Below, one piece after another: positions 49,991 to 64,000 of a DNA stretch of 64,000 bases (the first letter of the stretch is position 1; each line of letters opens with the position of its first letter). Where the stretch lies: NCBI RefSeq assembly GCF_006345805.1, contig NC_042998.1:101928001-101992000 (forward strand), read 5' to 3'. Source of the stretch: Octopus sinensis. Taxonomy: Eukaryota. The notes under the pieces were generated by a model. The model was not told the DNA's origin. It saw only the letters and a program-made list of their open reading frames with translations, and ran no database searches. Made by a program: the position numbers and the translations under genes.

Positions 49991-51400
49991 TGCTAATAAT
50001 TTTACCATAACATCGACTTAATACCATGGAATAATATTAGTGTCTTTTCATTTTTATAAATAGTGTTCTGGTTTGTTGGTTGGTGGATGTGTAACAAATG
50101 CTATAGAAACCTGAATAATAATCTATAAGGAATCATTATTATCGCGTTGCGCTTCGCATTTAATTCTTTTGGGAACAAACTTTTTCTACAATACTACAGT
50201 GAATGTAATGCAAGAAATTATTAGAGTTACATTGAGTTTCATTCTAAATCAAGCATATTTCACATTAAATGTAAGAAATAAACACTAAATACTGTTTTTG
50301 AAGCATTTTACACCAACGAAAATAAACATACAAAGTTTTCCAAATTCATTATTCAAAGATTTCTCTGGCTTTCTATTCTTAACTTCTGGCTTTTTAGCAT
50401 TCAGTTATTAGAAGCTGACAAAAACATAAATCAACTCTCCCTTGCAGAGATCACCTTTCGTAGGACTAAATATAATACTGACAGAGGAACATTCTCACAC
50501 GATAACACAATAACACAGGAAATAACATACGTATGTATGTATATGTGTATGTCTGTCTGTATGTATATATGTATATATATATATGTGTGTATGTATGCGT
50601 GTGCGTGTATGTATACGCTTGTGTACGTGCGTGCGTGTGTGTATGTGTACACCTAATGAGTCTGAAAAATCTTGAGAGATAGAGAGAGACTGAGATAGAG
50701 AGATAGAGAGAGATAGAAAGAGAGAGATAGAGGGAGATTGATGGAAAAAGAGAATGGTAAAGAAATTGGTAGAGAGACTGTGCGAAGGATTGAGTGAGCA
50801 AGACAAAACACAGAAGCCCATAGATATATATATATCAGGAACCTTAACAGAACATTTTGTTTATTTTATTGATTATTATTTGTAAGAATTTGATAAGAAG
50901 GAATACATACAAGAGCTATAAATCTAATCCTATTCTTGGCTGTGTTCATGCAATCACACACATATGTAAATATTCACACACGCAGACATGTATACATAAT
51001 TATAGAACGCATTAAAAACAACAACAACACATATATTTCCTTTTACACATGTTTGTGCGCTTGCATTTGTGAATATATGTGAGTGTGTGTCTGTACTTAG
51101 AGTATTAGAGAAAGGGAGAGAGAGAAATTACCCACTGAAAAACATGCATACACACATATGTATGTACGTATGTACGTATGTATGTATGTATGTATGTATG
51201 TATGTATGTATGTATGTATGTATTATGTATGTATGTATGTATGTATGTATGTATGTATGTATGTATGTATGTATATTTGCGCATGTGTTTGTATGTGTGT
51301 GTTTATGATGGTTCATCAGAAATACATTTATGTCCAATCACCAAGAGATTTATTTAAAATTAAGACCCATTAAAGCTAGCCCATCAGGTTGAAACCATCG

Positions 51401-51822
51401 CTTACTCTTTTACTCTTTTACTTGTTTCGGTCATTTGACTGCGGCCATGCTGGAGCACCGCCTTTAGTCGAGCAAATCGACCCCTGGACTTATTCTTTGT
51501 AAGCATAGTACTTATTCTATCGGTCTCTTTAGCCGAACCGCTAAGTTACAGGGACGTAAACACACCAGCATCGGTTGTCAGGTGATATTGGGGGGGGGGG
51601 GCAAACACCGACAGAAACATATATGCACACATACGTATATATATATATATACCTATATACGATGGGCTTCTTTCAGTTTCCGTCTACCAAATCCACTCGA
51701 AAGGCTTTGGACGGCCCGAGGCTATAGTAGAAGACTCTTGCCCAAGGTGCCACGTAGTGGGACTGAACACGGAACCAAGTGGTTGGTAAGCAAGCTACTT
51801 ACCACACAGCCATTCCTGGGCC
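51401..51822 (-). mobile_element. SINE family A, full length, with a (GAGTAAAA)n tail
   Basis: Head, internal microsatellite and tail are all present and nearly identical to 59895-60344. Confidence 0.9.
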
Positions 51823-51859
51823 TATAGAAACTCTCTGGACAGGAAACACGCACAAAGAA

Positions 51860-54290
51860 GAGTAGCTTCGTCCAACTCGCATCTTAGTCAAAATCAGTAC
51901 CGAAAAGATACCCCAAAATACTAAAGTTGATGGTCCAGAAACTAGTAAAAAAGTAAAAGAATCCTATAGAAATCTCCTAAATAAATCAAAAGTTTTATTA
52001 GTGACGATTTAGACATGCTCAGCCACATTTCAAAAACAATCAATGATGATACAATCATAGTATCCTTTTAACCTGTATACTAATGCACATTGTGAGCCTG
52101 TATGCTAATATCTCACACGACTATGGGAATCCTGGTTGGAATACTATCCAGAAGAATTATCACGGTGCATCCAGAAGGAAATCATAATCAAAATTTATCC
52201 TCCAGAATAATTACTTCATGGAATTATAACCGTGTTTCGTGATCTGCTACCACAACAGCTCCTTTATAAGATCCACTTAGCTCAAGACATCATCAGGAGG
52301 AACCACGTCCAGTTTCGTCCCCTACTCCTCTACCGTTTTGACGCGCCCCCACCTCTTTCGAATGTGTATTTTTCTCCTTTTTTCAGTTGCCTGGCCACTT
52401 CGATGTATCGTCAGCGAGTGTCAGCTGGTGACTGACTGACTTGTCAAATTTTTCCCTTTAAATACCTGCCGCAAGACTCCAGCAGGCAGCCCCAGCAAGT
52501 TGTCACGTGACCCTGTCTCACCATAACTGATTAGTGAAGGCGCGTAGTCTTAGCCCGCGCATTCTCTAAACGACCGTCACCTGTCAGTCAGAGAAGGTGA
52601 TTCAGTGTCAGCTTGTCTCACCTAGTGATGTTATTTTCCGCCGGCATGTTATGACTTTCAAGCCCTTTTTGGTCTTCCTGCTTCAGCCATATATAGAAGC
52701 TGGCTTTTTCGACCGCCTCCTGTACTCTCCTTATTAGTTTTCGCAGCTCGGAGCCAGAAAAAAAATCTTTTGAAAAGCGTTGTCATTTTCCTTTCAATGA
52801 AGCCTCTAGCCCCCACTGCCAGGGGATAACACTCGACATTCCATCCTGTTTTCTGTATTCTTCGATTAGTTTTTTGTACCTCTTCTCCTTTCGTTCCTCA
52901 GCATTGCCGATGTTCTTTTCCCAAGGTACTGTCAGTTCTAGTGAAATTCCTATTCTCCGTGTTCTGTTCTATAGGACTAAATCTGGTCTTTTTGTCGTTT
53001 TTATTAGTGGAAATATTACTTACCTTTCCAAATCCGTGGTCACCTCCCAGTATCCCTTCCATCTTTCGTCTATCTCGTATATTTTACTTGTAGGCCTGGT
53101 TTTATGTCCTTTTCCCTCCATGTGGAAGTATACTTTCCTGCGCTTTTCTATTTTTGGGTACTCTCCCCTATTGTACCTCTCGATCTTCTTGAGTGCTGCG
53201 CCTATGACGCCGAGGACTTGATTAAGTGGAATTGTGATGGGAACAAAAGCAGTTCTAGTTCTTGCAAACCTTGTAATGAGGCATACAGAATTGGCTGTAT
53301 ACAAAAAAATCACTAGAAAAATATGGATACACTTTTTGCCTGTATATGAGATGCAACTGAAAAAGATATCTGCATAATTACTTTATACTTTGGAATGAAA
53401 ACATTAATAAACTATTTGAATTTAAAACCTTTCTCAATAGTGTAAATATTCACATTCAATTCGCAAAGGATTACAACAAAGTGAAACTTTCATTTCTTAA
53501 TATTTTGATAAAGAAATCAATATCTAAATTGAAACCGACACTTATTATAAACTTACAGGTTCAGAGCAATACCTACCATTCAGATCATGTCACCCGAAAC
53601 ACATTAAAAGAGATATTCCTTTCAATTTAGCGAAAATGATTTGAATAATAGTACCTGGTAAAAATACCAGCGACTTACGATTTCTTGTACTTAAAACCAT
53701 ACTCGTTGTGAGTTATTATCTACCTTCACTAATCGATGATGGGATAAAACATGCAAAAATAATTGATATTCAGACACTAAAAGAACTAAAACGAAAAAGC
53801 ACACCCGATGAAAATATACTAGCCTATATGTCTACACACAATCTTAGAATCAATGAGGCATATAACAATATTCAAAATTTTCAATAGGAACTACAAGCTG
53901 CATCAAATTCTATGCACACGCAAATGAAAGTAAAAGACAGACAAAATCTCTAAAGGTAATACTGATAGGTGCAAGGCAACGGAATCAAGAGTGAAAAAAT
54001 GCGGGTGACCTATGGAACACGTGCCAAGCGACTGAAAGTTTCGGAATTCCATTTTAAATAATTAAAAATATTCAAAATTAAGACTGATCTTACTTGTGTG
54101 TCCCAAAACCTAATCTACGTAATGAATTGTCCAGGATGTGGGACACGGCAATATATCGCAAATAAGAATGTCGCACGGAGAATAACACACCATAGAGACC
54201 GTATCCGTTTCCCAAGATATAGATAAATACCACTAAAACAACACATAGAGAGATATGCGAGAAATTCAAAATCTCAACCATGCTTTAATA
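51860..54290 (+). mobile_element. Decayed Penelope-like element (RT plus GIY-YIG), interrupted at 52226-53226
   Basis: Before the insertion: KSFISDDLDMLSHI, VSLYANISHDYG, ILQNNYF. After it: GIVMGTK..LANLVM, KRYLHNYFILW (decayed YLDD), ETDTYYKLT..QYLPFRSCHPKH, TCVSQNLIYVMNCPGCG..YI. Confidence 0.85.
52226..53226 (-). mobile_element. 3' end of a HERO/NeSL-type RLE non-LTR retrotransposon nested in the PLE
   Basis: NQVL, WEVTTDL, TTKRPDLVL, LELTVPWE..NAEERKEKRY, GWNVECYPLAVGARGF and AVEKASFYIWL, followed by about 400 bp of 3' UTR. Confidence 0.82.
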
Positions 54291-54369
54291 TAAATATATA
54301 ACCAATTTCGATTATATAGGCGTAAATATTTTTTTATTATTAATGTATAATAATTTTTTAATTATTATT

Positions 54370-54989
54370 AACGACGTATTAATGTCAGTATAGAAACAAG
54401 CGTTATTTCCTTTTTGAAAAAGGCAGATAAGCCTACATCATGAGAATAGAGAATAGAAAATGGAAACTTTAGTATTTTGCTGTAGGAGATTCCGCTGCTG
54501 TAGTCTGGATCCCAAAACTTTTCTTCTCCTTTGATAATGCAAGGTCTCTTACGTTCAAATCTTCGTGGCTCCGTTTTCTGAGAACCAATTACGTACTCTT
54601 TGTCGATAGGAGAAATGAGGAGGTTGATCGTGCGATGTGTCAAGGTCTTCAAGTGAATCAGGTAATAGGGGTACTGGGACAGGGCTCTCGAAGTCATGCT
54701 GGATTGATTTGAGAGCTGACTTGCAATCTGCATACACGATTGCTTTGGTGTTCTTTGAGAAACCACTAAGAAAAGTCATTTCCTTCCGTTTTCCATTCAG
54801 CCCTGGGTAATACACAGTGCAACATATATGAGGTGCCCACCTCTTGTCTTGGTCCCCAACTTTACACCTGAAATAATATTTATAGGCAGTTTTTAATTTG
54901 GTGGCAATATTGTTTCCCTGGTCACGCGGAGCAAATTTTCCACAGACATAACACTTGTCTGGGTGATTCACACAGCCATTCCTATTCAT
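54370..54989 (-). mobile_element. Internally deleted DNA transposase N-terminus, Chapaev3-like (CMC superfamily)
   Basis: GCVNHPDKCYVCGKF..AYKYYF..VGDQDKRWAPHICC, SALKSIQH..PVPVP and VRDLALSKEK..LGSRLQQRNLL. The family name is from memory of these motifs. Confidence 0.7.
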
Positions 54990-55284
54990 GACCTAAACAC
55001 AATGAAGACAGTTAAAATAGTAATCTCGCAGAGCGAGAGATACGCGTTTCACACGTGACAGTAGCGCAAACGACGTTCAGAGTTAAGAAGAAGAAACCGA
55101 ATACAAGAAAGGAGAAAGCAACTCAAAACCAGAAAAGAGAAAGCTAATTCGAAGACTACAGATCCAATCCATCACTGGAACTGTAAAAATCTGTAAATTT
55201 ACCGCTTAAATATATATGAGCATGTCTAGATATGTAACTATATGCATGGGAATACACGCATAAAACATACAAATCTGCATATAC

Positions 55285-55500
55285 TAACCTACCTCCCCTA
55301 CCTACCTACCTACCTACCTACCTCCCTCCCTACCTACCTACCTACCTACCTACCTACCTACCTACCTACCTACCTACCTACCTACCTACCTACCTATCTA
55401 CCTATCTACCTACTTACCTACCTACCTACCTACCTACCTACCTACCTACCTACCTACATACATACATACATACATACATACTACGTACTACGTACATACA
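55285..55500. repeat. (CCTA)n/(CATA)n tetranucleotide tract
   Basis: Read directly. Confidence 0.95.
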
Positions 55501-55650
55501 AAGAAAAATACCCTGTTGTTGATTTTCAAGCTCCAGTGAAGGAGCCTTTTATCTAGTTTAGAAACTGGTTCTTTGTTGGTAAGAAATCTTGAAATAAAAT
55601 GAATAATGACATACATGTTCGTATATATGTAAATGTATATTTCTTTATTA

Positions 55651-55866
55651 CCCACAAGGAGCTAAACATAGAGGAGACAACAAGGACAGACAAACGGATT
55701 AAGTCGATTATATCGACCCCCAGTGCGTAACTGGTACTTAATTTATCGACCCCGAAAGTGATGAAAGGCAAAGTCGACCTCGGCGGAATTTGAACTCAGA
55801 ACGTAACGGCAGACGAAAAACGGCTACGCATTTCGCCTGGCGTGCTAACGTTTCTGCCAGCTCGCC
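55651..55866 (-). mobile_element. SINE family B, full length; the central block resembles the MetaSINE domain
   Basis: Sense sequence GGCGAGCTGGCAGAAACG..GAGTTCAAATTCCGCCGAGGTCGACTTTGCCTTTCATC..GGGGTCGATAAATTAAGTACCAG. The domain name is from memory. Confidence 0.85.
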
Positions 55867-56519
55867 GTTGTAAAATATATGTAAATATATTTTATTCGCA
55901 TACATAGCAAATCCAGCTGCTACTGTAAGGTAGAAAATGGCTCGTTCCAGCTTATTGAAATTCAATAAGGGAACCGTTACAACCTTCTACGTCAATAAAC
56001 CACCATTGTTCCTGAGAGTGGTTTTTTTATACCTTCTATGTACTGCTGGAAACTTATTAACTTCGTAAACCCTGATCGTTGGATCTTACCGTTACATATT
56101 AATATATGTCTGTGTCTGTGTGTGTGTGAGCGCACACACACGCGCTCACACATAGACACACGCACACATATATAATTGACTAAATAAAAGTATTTATAAT
56201 CTAAGATTTAAGTATTAATTAATAAGTGATGGAATATAAATTCTACACATTTGTGAAGAATTAAATAATCCAAGAAGAAAATATGTTCGTCTTCATATAA
56301 TTCCGTGGTCATATTTGAAGATCTACTTTTTCCGATAAAGAATGGGTTTCAAAACATCTTGTAAAACTATATCGGAATTATTGACTAGATTTTAAGCTGA
56401 CGCCCAACGATGATAAGAAATAAACTAACACGAGTCATAGATTTATCACGTTCATTAGTGTCAACTTCTATTACAAAATTACTGGGAATATGCTATAAGA
56501 TTTTATACACTGAAAACTT

Positions 56520-57120
56520 ATCTATTATCCCCAAGTTCTTACTTTTGAACTCATAAATTTTACTATAAAGAACCATAAGTTATAAACAATTGAAAATGAT
56601 ACTGAATCGTCAAAGACTCTAAATTGAGGAAAAATTCTCTTCAGAAAAGTAGAAATGCAGGAAATATTGGGACCTTTCTGCAGCATGTGAACGAATTGAA
56701 CAAGAACAAAAAAAATCAGAATGGGATGGAAATTAAGGTTAGTGACACAATGTATTGCACAACAAAATCTGATGTTCTGGATCCCATACCAAATTTGGGC
56801 GCATAAGCAGCAAATCAACGAAATATATCACGGTAACGATTGACATCTAGGCAGTAATTTAAATTAGAAGTTCAAACTATCACAGTCTTTTATTCTTTTC
56901 CAAAATAGAGTTGAAGTAATCGAATACGAACGGCAAAAAATTCAAAATAGGAATGCATTACATCTAAACCGAAATCGGAAGAGTCAACAGCTTTACTTGA
57001 AACATATACTTCTATATGATTTGCCAGTTTGTAAAACTGAAAAGTGCTAAAAGTACTTACAAAGGTACGAACACATTTTCCCATAGGTTTGTTTAGCATT
57101 CTGCTTATCATTTGTTTTTT
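56520..57120 (+). pseudogene. Possible very decayed PLE linker plus GIY-YIG
   Basis: PQVLTF, KSRNAGNIGTFL and KFKI..NSFT*NIYFYMICQF..YKGTNTFSHRF show weak motif similarity only. Confidence 0.3.
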
Positions 57121-57393
57121 AAAGATTTTATTTCAATATCATAATTATTAATCTAGGTAGATCTTCGAATAGTTTGACTTCATCAAAATGTTATATCCAG
57201 AAAAGGGAGTAATCCTGGTGCATGATGGCATATGGTAGCGCCGATAACCATATAGGAGCTTTGAAGTGCACGTTATAAGGTTATTATATATAATCTTTTA
57301 TTCTTTTACTTGCTTCAGTTATTTGACTGCATATATATTTACATACATACACACACATACAAACACAGACACACACACACATGTACACACACA

Positions 57394-57506
<113 letters not shown>

Positions 57507-58176
57507 TATGTATGTATGTATATACTGTGCCTACAGCTGATAACAGTACATGTAAAATCGATACAAATTCTAATAGCCGCATCACGGAAATATTATTTCG
57601 GAAATTCCCCTTCTATTTTTTTTTTATTTCCTTCATTAGCATTACCGAACCACACAGTTTCACGTAACTTAGACATATCTCAAGTATTTTTTATGTTTTC
57701 CACTTCTCACTCCATCTCCCATTTCCTTATATTTCACTTCATTATAGCACAGTGCAAAAATATATACCATACCCAATGTTTTTTTAATCACTTTTTTTAT
57801 AATACGAAAAAGAAGGAAATTGGAAACAACAACAAGGAAGAACAAAAAGAATACAAGTAGTATTTTTCATAGATGATTCGAAAGAAAAAAGAAATCTCTT
57901 TTCTTAAGAGACTGCAGACGTTATTAAAGCAAGCATAAATAATAGGATTTCAACGCATTTAATATGGATGTCAGGAAGACTATTTTTGACTTCTGCAGTC
58001 TGCATCTAAAAGTCAAACGGAATGCTGGTATTTTAAACACGCTCCTCTTATATAGCAATAGTAAACAAATTCGCATGATAAATCAAATTAGAACATCGAA
58101 GTGTATACACACACAAAAACATAGACACATGTGTGAACATGTATTTATGAGTATGTATATGCGTACGTGTGAACAA

Positions 58177-58207
<31 letters not shown>

Positions 58208-58239
58208 CACACATATATGCATATAAATAGTTATGTTAT

Positions 58240-58283
<44 letters not shown>

Positions 58284-58634
58284 GAGAGGGAGAGAGAGAG
58301 AGAGAGATAATTATGTTATATTCCGTATATACGTTGTCTATACTAAAATACACATTTCTGTGTACGTCACAATGTGTGTACGTGTGAAAAATCTGGTATG
58401 TTCATATATTTTCCTGTAAGCATATGAAATTGGGTGATATGAGCTTCCTTCACTTATCTCTTTCCCAATTTATCATATTCATTCACATTACCATTTACTA
58501 TGTATAAAAATACAAATATAAAATATTACACAGAAGGTTCGTATAAACATACGTAATTTTATCTATATATATTATATATATACACACACAGGCATGAGTC
58601 TCTATGTATATACACGATTATATATGTATATATG

Positions 58635-58676
<42 letters not shown>

Positions 58677-58717
58677 ATATGTGTGTGTGTATGTGCACAC
58701 AAACACACAGATTGACA

Positions 58718-58755
<38 letters not shown>

Positions 58756-59247
58756 TGTTAATGTGTTTGTGTGTGTGTGTTTGTGTGCATGTGTGTGATA
58801 TATATTCATGTATGTGCTGTGCAGATACAAAATTTAGATGCAAACTCATGAAACATAAATATTTAAGTATTGGAACATATGTGTACATACACATATATTA
58901 ATGGACATATACTTATAGTATAAGCGGGCACAAACACACATATACACATTTGCGCAAAAACGGGCTCATACACATACACATATACACACATACACACACA
59001 CAAACGCGAATTCACATATTTTCATTTATAAAAGATTCTGGTCAGGTCATCAAAGTAACAGAATTCAAAGACATCAAGGAGAGTTAAAATCAGAATTGAT
59101 TTTTTTACTTCATGTCTTCCATATATATGAGGATGCGTTAACTTCGTATCTCCAGAAAAATGAAGCTGATTCCCGTGCAATACACGCCCTGGGCATGACT
59201 TTTACTTATATCCAGTACAGAAATATGATCCTAGATATATATTTACG

Positions 59248-59249
<2 letters not shown>

Positions 59250-59279
<30 letters not shown>

Positions 59280-59405
59280 TGTATGTATGTATGTATGTAT
59301 GTATGTACGTATGTTTGTATGTATGTATGTATGTATGTATGTATGTATGTATGTACGTATGTATGTATGTATGTATGTATGTATGTATGTATGTATGTAT
59401 GTATG

Positions 59406-59479
<74 letters not shown>

Positions 59480-59480
59480 C
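59250..59480. repeat. (GTAT)n then (CTAT)n tract
   Basis: Read directly. Confidence 0.95.
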
Positions 59481-59802
59481 TTTATAATCTGTCCCGTCTG
59501 TCTGCAGCCGTGTGAGGCTAATAATGAAACATATCTATCTACCTATCTATCTGACATTTCTGTGATACACGATCCCTATTGATCGATATTTTTTCTTTTC
59601 TTTTTTCATTCTTTTTCCCCTCCCTTTTTCTCTTTTTCTTTCTTTCCTCTTTCTCTATCCTTTTTCTCTCCTTCTTACGATCCCATTTGATCGAAAACCT
59701 ACCCTCTACCTTGTAATTTGTCACGTCTGTGTGCAGCTCTGTGTGGCTAACAAAGAAACATATCTATCTATCTATATATCTATATATCTATACGTATATC
59801 TG

Positions 59803-59871
<69 letters not shown>

Positions 59872-59894
59872 ATATATATATATATATATATATA

Positions 59895-60133
59895 TTTTAC
59901 TCTTTTACTCTTTTATTTGTTTCAGTCATTTGACTGCGGCCATGCTGGAGCACCGCCTTTAGTCGAGCAAATCGACCCCGATGCTTATTCTTTGTAAGCC
60001 CAGTACTTATTCTATCTGCCTCTTTTGCCGAACCGCTAAGTGACGGGGACGTAAACACACCAGCATCGGTTGTCAAGCAATGCTAAGGGGAAAAACACAC
60101 ACACACAAATACACACACAAACACACACACACG

Positions 60134-60174
<41 letters not shown>

Positions 60175-60344
60175 GTATATACGACAGGCTTCTTTCAGTT
60201 TCCGTCTACAAAATCCACTCATAAGGCATTGGTCGGCCCGGGTCTATAGCAGATGACACTTGCCCAAGATGCCACGCAATGGGACTGAACCCGGAACCAT
60301 GTGGTTGGTTAGCAAGCTACTTACCACACAGCCACTCCTGCGCC
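59895..60344 (-). mobile_element. SINE family A, full length
   Basis: Sense sequence GGCGCAGGAGTGGCTGTGTGGTAAG..GGTTCCGGGTTCAGTCCC (A/B boxes) through to GACTGAAACAAATAAAAGAGTAAAAGAGTAAAA. Confidence 0.92.
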
Positions 60345-60469
60345 TATATTTATATATATTTATATTTATATATTTATATTTATATATACACATACACATA
60401 TTTCAAAGTGTAACGACAAGTGAATCGTTGCCGATTTTTCCCTCCGTTTTCCTTTTCTATTGAACTTTC

Positions 60470-60590
60470 CTTTGTCTCCTCTTTCTGAAGAAGAGCCACC
60501 TTCTTTGCCTTCCCTGAGCGTTTGCTAATACTTTATATGTACCACGTCCTTCTGTTGTTGTTTTTGTGTTTGTTATTCGTTTTTTCTTTC
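60470..60590 (+). mobile_element. HHR-family repeat, diverged and internally deleted
   Basis: CTTT-CTGAAGA-A-GAGC, then a deletion, then CCCTGAGCG..CTAATAC..ACCACGT. Confidence 0.55.
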
Positions 60591-60659
60591 TTATTGGGAT
60601 TCATATATGTGTATGTGTTTGTGTGAGTGTGTGTGCGCGCGCGCGCGTGTGTGTAGTGC

Positions 60660-61080
60660 TTGTGTAATCCTTAAGCAGGGTTTGACCACCTCCTGTACAT
60701 ATCCCTTAGAACCAGCATGGTATCTGATGTGGCTTTCTAACTCAGACAATGTTTTGAAAAGACACCCACATAGATTGCATATCCGATTTGGACCACCAAG
60801 AGTTGCAGATAATTTCTGATTTTTGTGGATCTTAAAATATCTTTTGTGTCCTCCATTAGATTTGCAAACCTTCTGGCTTTCATTATATTGAAAGGTTTGC
60901 ACAAACATATAGTCAGAATAGTTGGTGGAGATTTGAGCCCAGCTAAAGAAAGGCATGGTTTGTCACAGAAACCCTCGACTCGGATCGCGCTGGACAGCGA
61001 ACAAAAGTGTGGAGTGGGATGAAAGCGTTTAAAATGGCCAGGATTACGCATATATACTTTTAGATGACTGTTCGTCATGA
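60660..61080 (-). pseudogene. Coding relic with one C2H2-like finger, possibly an RTE-type LINE C-terminus
   Basis: RICNLCGCLFKTLSELESHIRYH. The upstream sequence is not clearly assignable. Confidence 0.4.
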
Positions 61081-61101
61081 TGCTGACATAAGTTCCTTGT
61101 C

Positions 61102-61183
61102 TTTCCTGATGAGAAGACGGCATAATGCACCCTTTATTCCTTCGGAATTAAGAATATGCAGTCTTCGAAACATATGTCGAGAA
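61102..61183 (+). ncRNA. Type I hammerhead ribozyme with a fully canonical core
   Basis: Stem I is TTTC/GAGA. CTGATGA is at 61106-61112. Stem II is a perfect GAAGAC/GTCTTC with G10.1-C11.1. GAAA is at 61167-61170. Stem III is the palindrome ACATATGT. The triplet is GUC, with cleavage after 61178. Confidence 0.85.
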
Positions 61184-61373
61184 TAAAAGAATTTTGTTAA
61201 ATCGTCGTTCAACTCCATTCTTTCATTTATCTATAAAAAAATACACAAATTTCCACACGAAAGCACGTGATTTCTGTCCTTGGCATGTAGCTTCAACCGT
61301 GCTTTCTGGCGTAAATTTGCTACCCGGGTATCGGTTAACCGAATTATCCATACTAGGCTAATTCATTCAACTA

Positions 61374-61440
<67 letters not shown>

Positions 61441-61467
61441 CATACATATATATATATAATATATATA

Positions 61468-62457
<990 letters not shown>

Positions 62458-64000
62458 ACTCTGTATGTGTGTGTGTGCATCTAAAAAGATTACCTTTATA
62501 TACGGAATGGTTAGGAATGTTTAAAATTTTCTCATACACATGAAATACAGCTTATTTAGCTTATGGGACAAATAACATACAGCGTGATAGAGGTAATAAA
62601 GTTTAGGTCGTTTTATGGTTACATTTAATTCAAAATTTTCCCTGATGAGGTAGAAAACTTTTCTATTTGTATCAATAAAGTTGGAGTTTCATATGCTGAG
62701 AAGTAACAAACAGCTAATGCGGTATAATTCGCCTTCCAAGAAACGAAAATTGGATTTTCGACCAGAAAGTAATAATAATTTAACGACTAAGGGCAGTGGA
62801 TGTCTTTTCTCTTTTTCTGTATCTGTCTGAATATAAAAAACAGTATTTTCTGTGTTGTTACTAGATCTATTAACAGAATAACTCCCTCAGGAGTCTACCG
62901 AATACATTTGTGCAGAGTTGCGGCCTTTTCACTATTTTTATTTTAATATTCATATTAACAGCAAATAGGAGCCGTATTTTAATTTCTTTCTGTTTTCTAT
63001 ACTATGCTGAATATTACGTGTAATCTATAGTCTATGTGCAGCTCCGCTTTTAATACTTCAGTTCATTATGTAAATTTTCATTTTTCATTCTATCAAATAT
63101 ATTTTTCTCAATTTTTCGAATTGTCATATTCAAGTATTCTATTTTGTTTTCTATTAGGTTCTTTTAAATCTTAAATTGCATCTTAAATATTGTAATTACG
63201 TTTTCACTCTTTTTAATCAAGATCATTATTCTAAATGAGTCTCGATTAATTAATTATTTAAAATGTTTTACTTGCTTTAAATGGGTGAATGTTCATATAA
63301 AATAACACAAATTTACAAATAATAATGCAAAGACATTTTTTTAAATGATTTCGAATATCTTAATATGTACAGTTAACAAATAAACTTGTGTTATCTATCC
63401 AGTACCACATTTGTGCCATAACTTCTACTATACAGTTTGTATACATACTAACCCACTCTTCATTGCTGTTCTTTTTCTTTTCTCCTTTTCTTCAGCTTCC
63501 TCTTATTGTTCATCTTCTAATTCTTTTCCTCTTCTTCCTTTTCTTCTCTTATCTTCGATAATAATGTACTGTGTCTTATGAAGAGATATGAAGTGTTTTT
63601 AGTTCTGTATCGTGATGATAATTCAAGTACTGACCGAAGATATAGCAGTTCCGAATCTCAGTGTACATATATTAATATTCCCTTTCATATATTCCAGTTA
63701 GCTCCGTAAGCTTATTCTTGAATTCCTGGCCGATGATCTTAGTATTTCATTCTACTCATCTCAAATTTCTTTCTTTCTCGGACGTGAAATTTTATATTTC
63801 TCTTTTCACTGCAAAATACTTACAGTCTTTTAATCATTTTCACATTTTACTATCGTACTTTGTGAATTGAGTAACCTTACTTTTCCAAAATGGAACGAAT
63901 CGTATATAATATATATCTGTTGAAACGCAAAAGTACGGGAATTGCAGAAGGATTAGCATAAACTACAAGGAGTTATGCTCGTAAAGAGGCTACAAGCATC

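Noticed and set aside
52235-52325. GAC-GAAAC..CTGATGA-TGTC and a second GAAAC in the RLE element 3' UTR (minus strand)
   Set aside because: The core motifs are present, but no stem I can be formed in either topology.
59895-60344. tRNA-like A/B boxes as a real tRNA gene
   Set aside because: They are SINE heads with no complete cloverleaf, and they are followed by the SINE body.
62633-62752. CTGATGA with a distant GAAAC-GAAAATT
   Set aside because: Stem III and the cleavage triplet are missing. It is counted only as a relic.

Overview
This is an AT-rich eukaryotic window dominated by repeats, and I cannot support any host protein-coding gene in it. The SINE families and extreme microsatellite load look like an octopus (coleoid cephalopod) genome; that is recognition from memory, not a database search. 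Nearly all long ORFs in the supplied track are translations of (GT)n, (TA)n, (GTAT)n or (TAA)n tracts. The real coding relics are decayed transposons: a near-full-length R4/Dong-type RLE retrotransposon embedded in (TAA)n, a 5' fragment of a second one, a near-full-length L1/Tx1-type LINE, several Penelope-like element (PLE) RT/GIY-YIG fragments, a HERO/NeSL-type RLE fragment nested in one PLE, three mariner relics, a Chapaev3-like relic and a MITE. Two tRNA-derived SINE families are also present. The main unannotated signal is a dense population of type I hammerhead ribozyme (HHR) motifs. About 13 have assignable stems I-III, and about 8 more are relics. Most have the short palindromic stem III of dimer-forming PLE/retrozyme HHRs. 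They occur as a direct tandem that defines a 492-nt monomer, as mirror pairs in long inverted repeats, and as a dispersed (TA)n-anchored family with a recurrent non-canonical core (CUGUNGA-A). All alignments, folds and identities were done by eye.
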